Shown one piece after another: positions 61,503 to 64,000 of a stretch of DNA of 64,000 bases (position 1 is the stretch's first letter; each line of letters opens with the position of its first letter). Both the position numbers and the translations under genes were made by a program. The stretch is from Deltaproteobacteria bacterium. GTDB lineage: Bacteria; Bdellovibrionota_B; Oligoflexia; Oligoflexales; Bog-1112. Location of the stretch: assembly GCA_947466225.1 (NCBI GenBank), contig CANIBL010000005.1, forward strand, positions 2,666 through 66,665. The letters run 5' to 3'. A model generated the notes under the pieces. That model saw only the letters and a program-made list of their open reading frames with translations. It ran no database searches and was not told the origin of the DNA.

Positions 61503-63029
61503 ATGGCTATGTCAGCGATTGTCTGGCTCTTTATGAGCTGGCAGTTTTTTATGGCCTGTAATTCAGGCGGTGCTTCTTCCGCCTCTCCTGCTTCTTCGCA
61601 TGCACGCAGTGTTCCTGTTGAGCAAACGGCTTCACCTGCTCCGACGAGCACGCTGGTTTCTGTTTCTGCTGCTGCTTTAGATCCTACTTCTGCTGCACCG
61701 CAACCCTCCTCTGTGGAGGAACCTCAAGCAGCGATAGAGAATAATCAACTGGAAAATGTCGGAAGTACAGAAGAGTTAGCGCAATCTCCCCTTGAAAGTC
61801 AGGCAACTCCCGACGGGGGGATTGAGGGCTCAACTTCCGCGAATATAGCGGCTACGGATCTATTTTCTGTCCAGGATCAGACATTATCCTCTACTGCTCT
61901 TACAACCTCAGGATGTACCGTATCGTGGTCACCGCCTGGAGATGCTTCCTCCAGTACAGAAGGGTTGACATACACATTGTACTATTCTACCGAACAGAGT
62001 GCGGTATCCAGTCTTTCTCAACTGGCAACCAAGATTTCTGTACCAAAAAATGCCACTTCTCTTACTGTTTCAGGGCTGTTGCCCAAGACGATCTACTACA
62101 TCGCTCTCGTTGTAACCAACCAAGTGGGTAGCGCTGCCATGTATAAACTCAAAACCATCACAACATACGGTGGTCCTGCCGTTTCAGGCGTACTTACTCT
62201 CTCTGCTCAGAGTTCTACCTCTATAACCCTAGCTTGGACTGCGGCTTCCAGTGATGTGCCTGCAGCGAGTATGCAATATCGAGTATACGGTTCTGCTCTA
62301 GATAATATTTCAACTGCAGTAGATATGAGAAAAAACGGCACTCTGTTGGGAAATGGGCTTACGAAACCCACCGTGCAAATTACTGATCTTGTGCCGGGGG
62401 GCACGTATTATTTCAATGTACTTGCGGTCGACAGCATGGGAAATATAGCCGCTTATCAGATGATAGGCCCTCAAACCATGCCCAATACTATTTATGTATT
62501 TCCCTATGGAGCCCATGATGGAAATATGGGGGGTCGAACAGGGGCAGATGCATTATGCAATACGGTTCGAGCTGCTTCTACTTCCATATCAGCCTCTTGC
62601 CCGTTTTCTGCTACCACACATGCTTTCTTGCTATTGCCTGGGGAAACCGGATTGATGGGACGTCCTTCTTCTGCTTCTTCCGGTGTGGTGCAATATGCTG
62701 CGACAAAAGCCCAAGTTTCTCCCAGTTGGGAGAGCTTTCAAAACGATATTACCGCATGTCCCTCTTATGCGGCTGCTCCAACATGCAATGTCTCTTTACG
62801 TGTCGTCCTTCCCTCTCCAACCTCACTCAGAATTTGGTTTGGTTCTACCAAAGCCGAGTCTCAAGATCAAAAATTCCATAGTTGCTATGGATTTACCAAT
62901 AATATTAGTACTGTGGAGAGTAATGGAGCTTCGGGGAATGCCAGGGTACTAGATGCAAAAAATACGTCTATGCTGACGGTAAATAGCTTTTGCTCCGAGG
63001 AAAATCAGCTTATTTGCTACTGTTGGTAG
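61503..63029 (+). CDS. Lipoprotein with Fn3-like domains and a C-terminal DUF1554-like module
   Basis: GGAGG before ATG 61503; MAMSAIVWLFMSWQFFMAC lipobox. It has an S/A/P-rich linker and two Fn3-like units (..SWSPP..YTLYYS.., ..LAWTAAS..YRVYGS..). The C-terminal module reads IYVFPYGAHDGNMGGRTGADALCNTV. Confidence 0.75.
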   Translation: MAMSAIVWLFMSWQFFMACNSGGASSASPASSHARSVPVEQTASPAPTSTLVSVSAAALDPTSAAPQPSSVEEPQAAIENNQLENVGSTEELAQSPLESQATPDGGIEGSTSANIAATDLFSVQDQTLSSTALTTSGCTVSWSPPGDASSSTEGLTYTLYYSTEQSAVSSLSQLATKISVPKNATSLTVSGLLPKTIYYIALVVTNQVGSAAMYKLKTITTYGGPAVSGVLTLSAQSSTSITLAWTAASSDVPAASMQYRVYGSALDNISTAVDMRKNGTLLGNGLTKPTVQITDLVPGGTYYFNVLAVDSMGNIAAYQMIGPQTMPNTIYVFPYGAHDGNMGGRTGADALCNTVRAASTSISASCPFSATTHAFLLLPGETGLMGRPSSASSGVVQYAATKAQVSPSWESFQNDITACPSYAAAPTCNVSLRVVLPSPTSLRIWFGSTKAESQDQKFHSCYGFTNNISTVESNGASGNARVLDAKNTSMLTVNSFCSEENQLICYCW

Positions 63030-63055
63030 CGGATAGAACGCGCCAGACTCTGCTG

Positions 63056-64000
63056 TTATCGAGAAAGAGTTTGTAGGATATCTCGAAACTCTTGAAAGAA
63101 CGGATAGCAGTCAAAGGGGATCATCTGGGTGACAAACAGTGCCGTGCGTTTTTTCTCATAGTTAAGCAAGAAGAAGGTATTGGCTGCCCCAGACCAAAAA
63201 AATTCCCTGTCAATATGAGGGGGGCACAGATGTTGGGCAAGACCCAATCCAAATCCGATGCCCTTGGATATGGAGATGGGATGAGTAGGTAACCTACAGG
63301 TTGCCAAGTCGTCCCACAGTTGTTGGGTGGTCATCTGTCGCACAGCGTCTTCTGATAGCAGACATGCACCCTTATGCACACCTCGTGCGAGCAGAAAATC
63401 CAAAAATTGTTGGTAATCTGCAAGGGTCGTGACAAGGCCGCCCCCAGGAGAGGTCCATTTGGGTGCAGTGGACAGAATGGAGTCTGAGGGGCGATCCAGG
63501 CAGATCCACTCGGGATTTGGGCTGGTGCTTTTTGGTGGGAAAATCTGAAAATGCCCCGGTGTCATCTTGGCTTGGGTGCCATAGAGTGTCATGAGCCGAT
63601 CTAGTCGCTCCGGTGGGGCCCAAAACCCAGAATCCTTCATGCCGAGGGGGGTGAAGAGCTTTTTCTGCATAAGCTCGGCAAAGGAAATTCCGTAGGTACG
63701 CTCGAGAGCAGCGCCCAATATATCGGTGCTGTAGCCATAGCCCCAGTGGGTACCGGGTTCAAATTGCAACGGAGCTTGTGAAAGGATTTCGACCAAACTC
63801 GTGAGGGTATTATCCGGATTTCCACATCGCAGAATGAGGTCGTGGTAGCATTTTTCTACTGGGGTGATGTTGTAGTATTCGTAGGAGAATCCTGCTGTAT
63901 GGGTCAGTAGATGGAAAATTGTAGGAGGATTTTGTACCGCACGATAAGGGGATTTCTTGGGTAATGTTGGATCATAGACTTGGAGTGAGGCAAATTCCGG
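63056..64000 (-). CDS. Beta-lactamase-family serine hydrolase (5' end beyond the window)
   Basis: The frame stays open upstream of the listed Met to nt 64000 (..LLTHTAGFSYEYY..). C-terminal part PLQFEPGTHWGYGYSTDILG. Confidence 0.8.
   Translation of the reverse strand, partial: PEFASLQVYDPTLPKKSPYRAVQNPPTIFHLLTHTAGFSYEYYNITPVEKCYHDLILRCGNPDNTLTSLVEILSQAPLQFEPGTHWGYGYSTDILGAALERTYGISFAELMQKKLFTPLGMKDSGFWAPPERLDRLMTLYGTQAKMTPGHFQIFPPKSTSPNPEWICLDRPSDSILSTAPKWTSPGGGLVTTLADYQQFLDFLLARGVHKGACLLSEDAVRQMTTQQLWDDLATCRLPTHPISISKGIGFGLGLAQHLCPPHIDREFFWSGAANTFFLLNYEKKRTALFVTQMIPFDCYPFFQEFRDILQTLSR

Noticed and set aside
1-64000. Prophage, integrative element, toxin-antitoxin or known defence system anywhere in the window
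   Set aside because: No integrase, transposase, recombinase, phage structural, Cas, RT, restriction-modification or obvious TA-pair motifs were recognised in any listed ORF. Absence is based on reading by eye, not on HMM searches.

Overview
This is a 64-kb chromosomal window from a diderm (Gram-negative-type) bacterium. It is densely coding on both strands. By eye it is about 50% GC, except for an AT-rich block at nt 1-2800. Recognisable housekeeping genes are lysC, ald, brnQ, mtgA, argS, uvrC-uvrB, prfC, glpX, rny, rpmI-rplT, an M13 peptidase, a fadJ-like/thiolase pair and a six-gene Alternative Complex III operon (actABCDEF, 37.4-45.0 kb). Between them sit many secreted or lipoprotein genes of unknown function. 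Several carry eukaryote-like modules: two kinase-like proteins, LRR+Vps62-like, ephrin-receptor-like Cys repeats, a GT22/ALG9-like glycosyltransferase, and Fn3 plus DUF1554-like domains. I found no rRNA, tRNA, CRISPR array, transposase, integrase, reverse transcriptase or recognisable defence genes. Four signals are the most unusual. (i) Two divergently oriented, paralogous elements of 235 and 243 nt lie between uvrB and actA. Each is closed by its own long helix whose arms differ between the copies, while the interior and a 53-nt tail are conserved. This is a candidate structured RNA or leader. (ii) A dispersed family of palindromic REP-like elements (TCGAGGGAGAT ... GGCC-loop-GGCCTGGGSATGACRG) is present, including a 25-bp tandem array. 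(iii) Three perfect DnaA boxes fall within about 110 bp downstream of rplT. (iv) A Cys-repeat gene has its lipoprotein signal peptide in a different reading frame from its body. All functional calls rest on motif recognition by eye and no database search or folding program was run.
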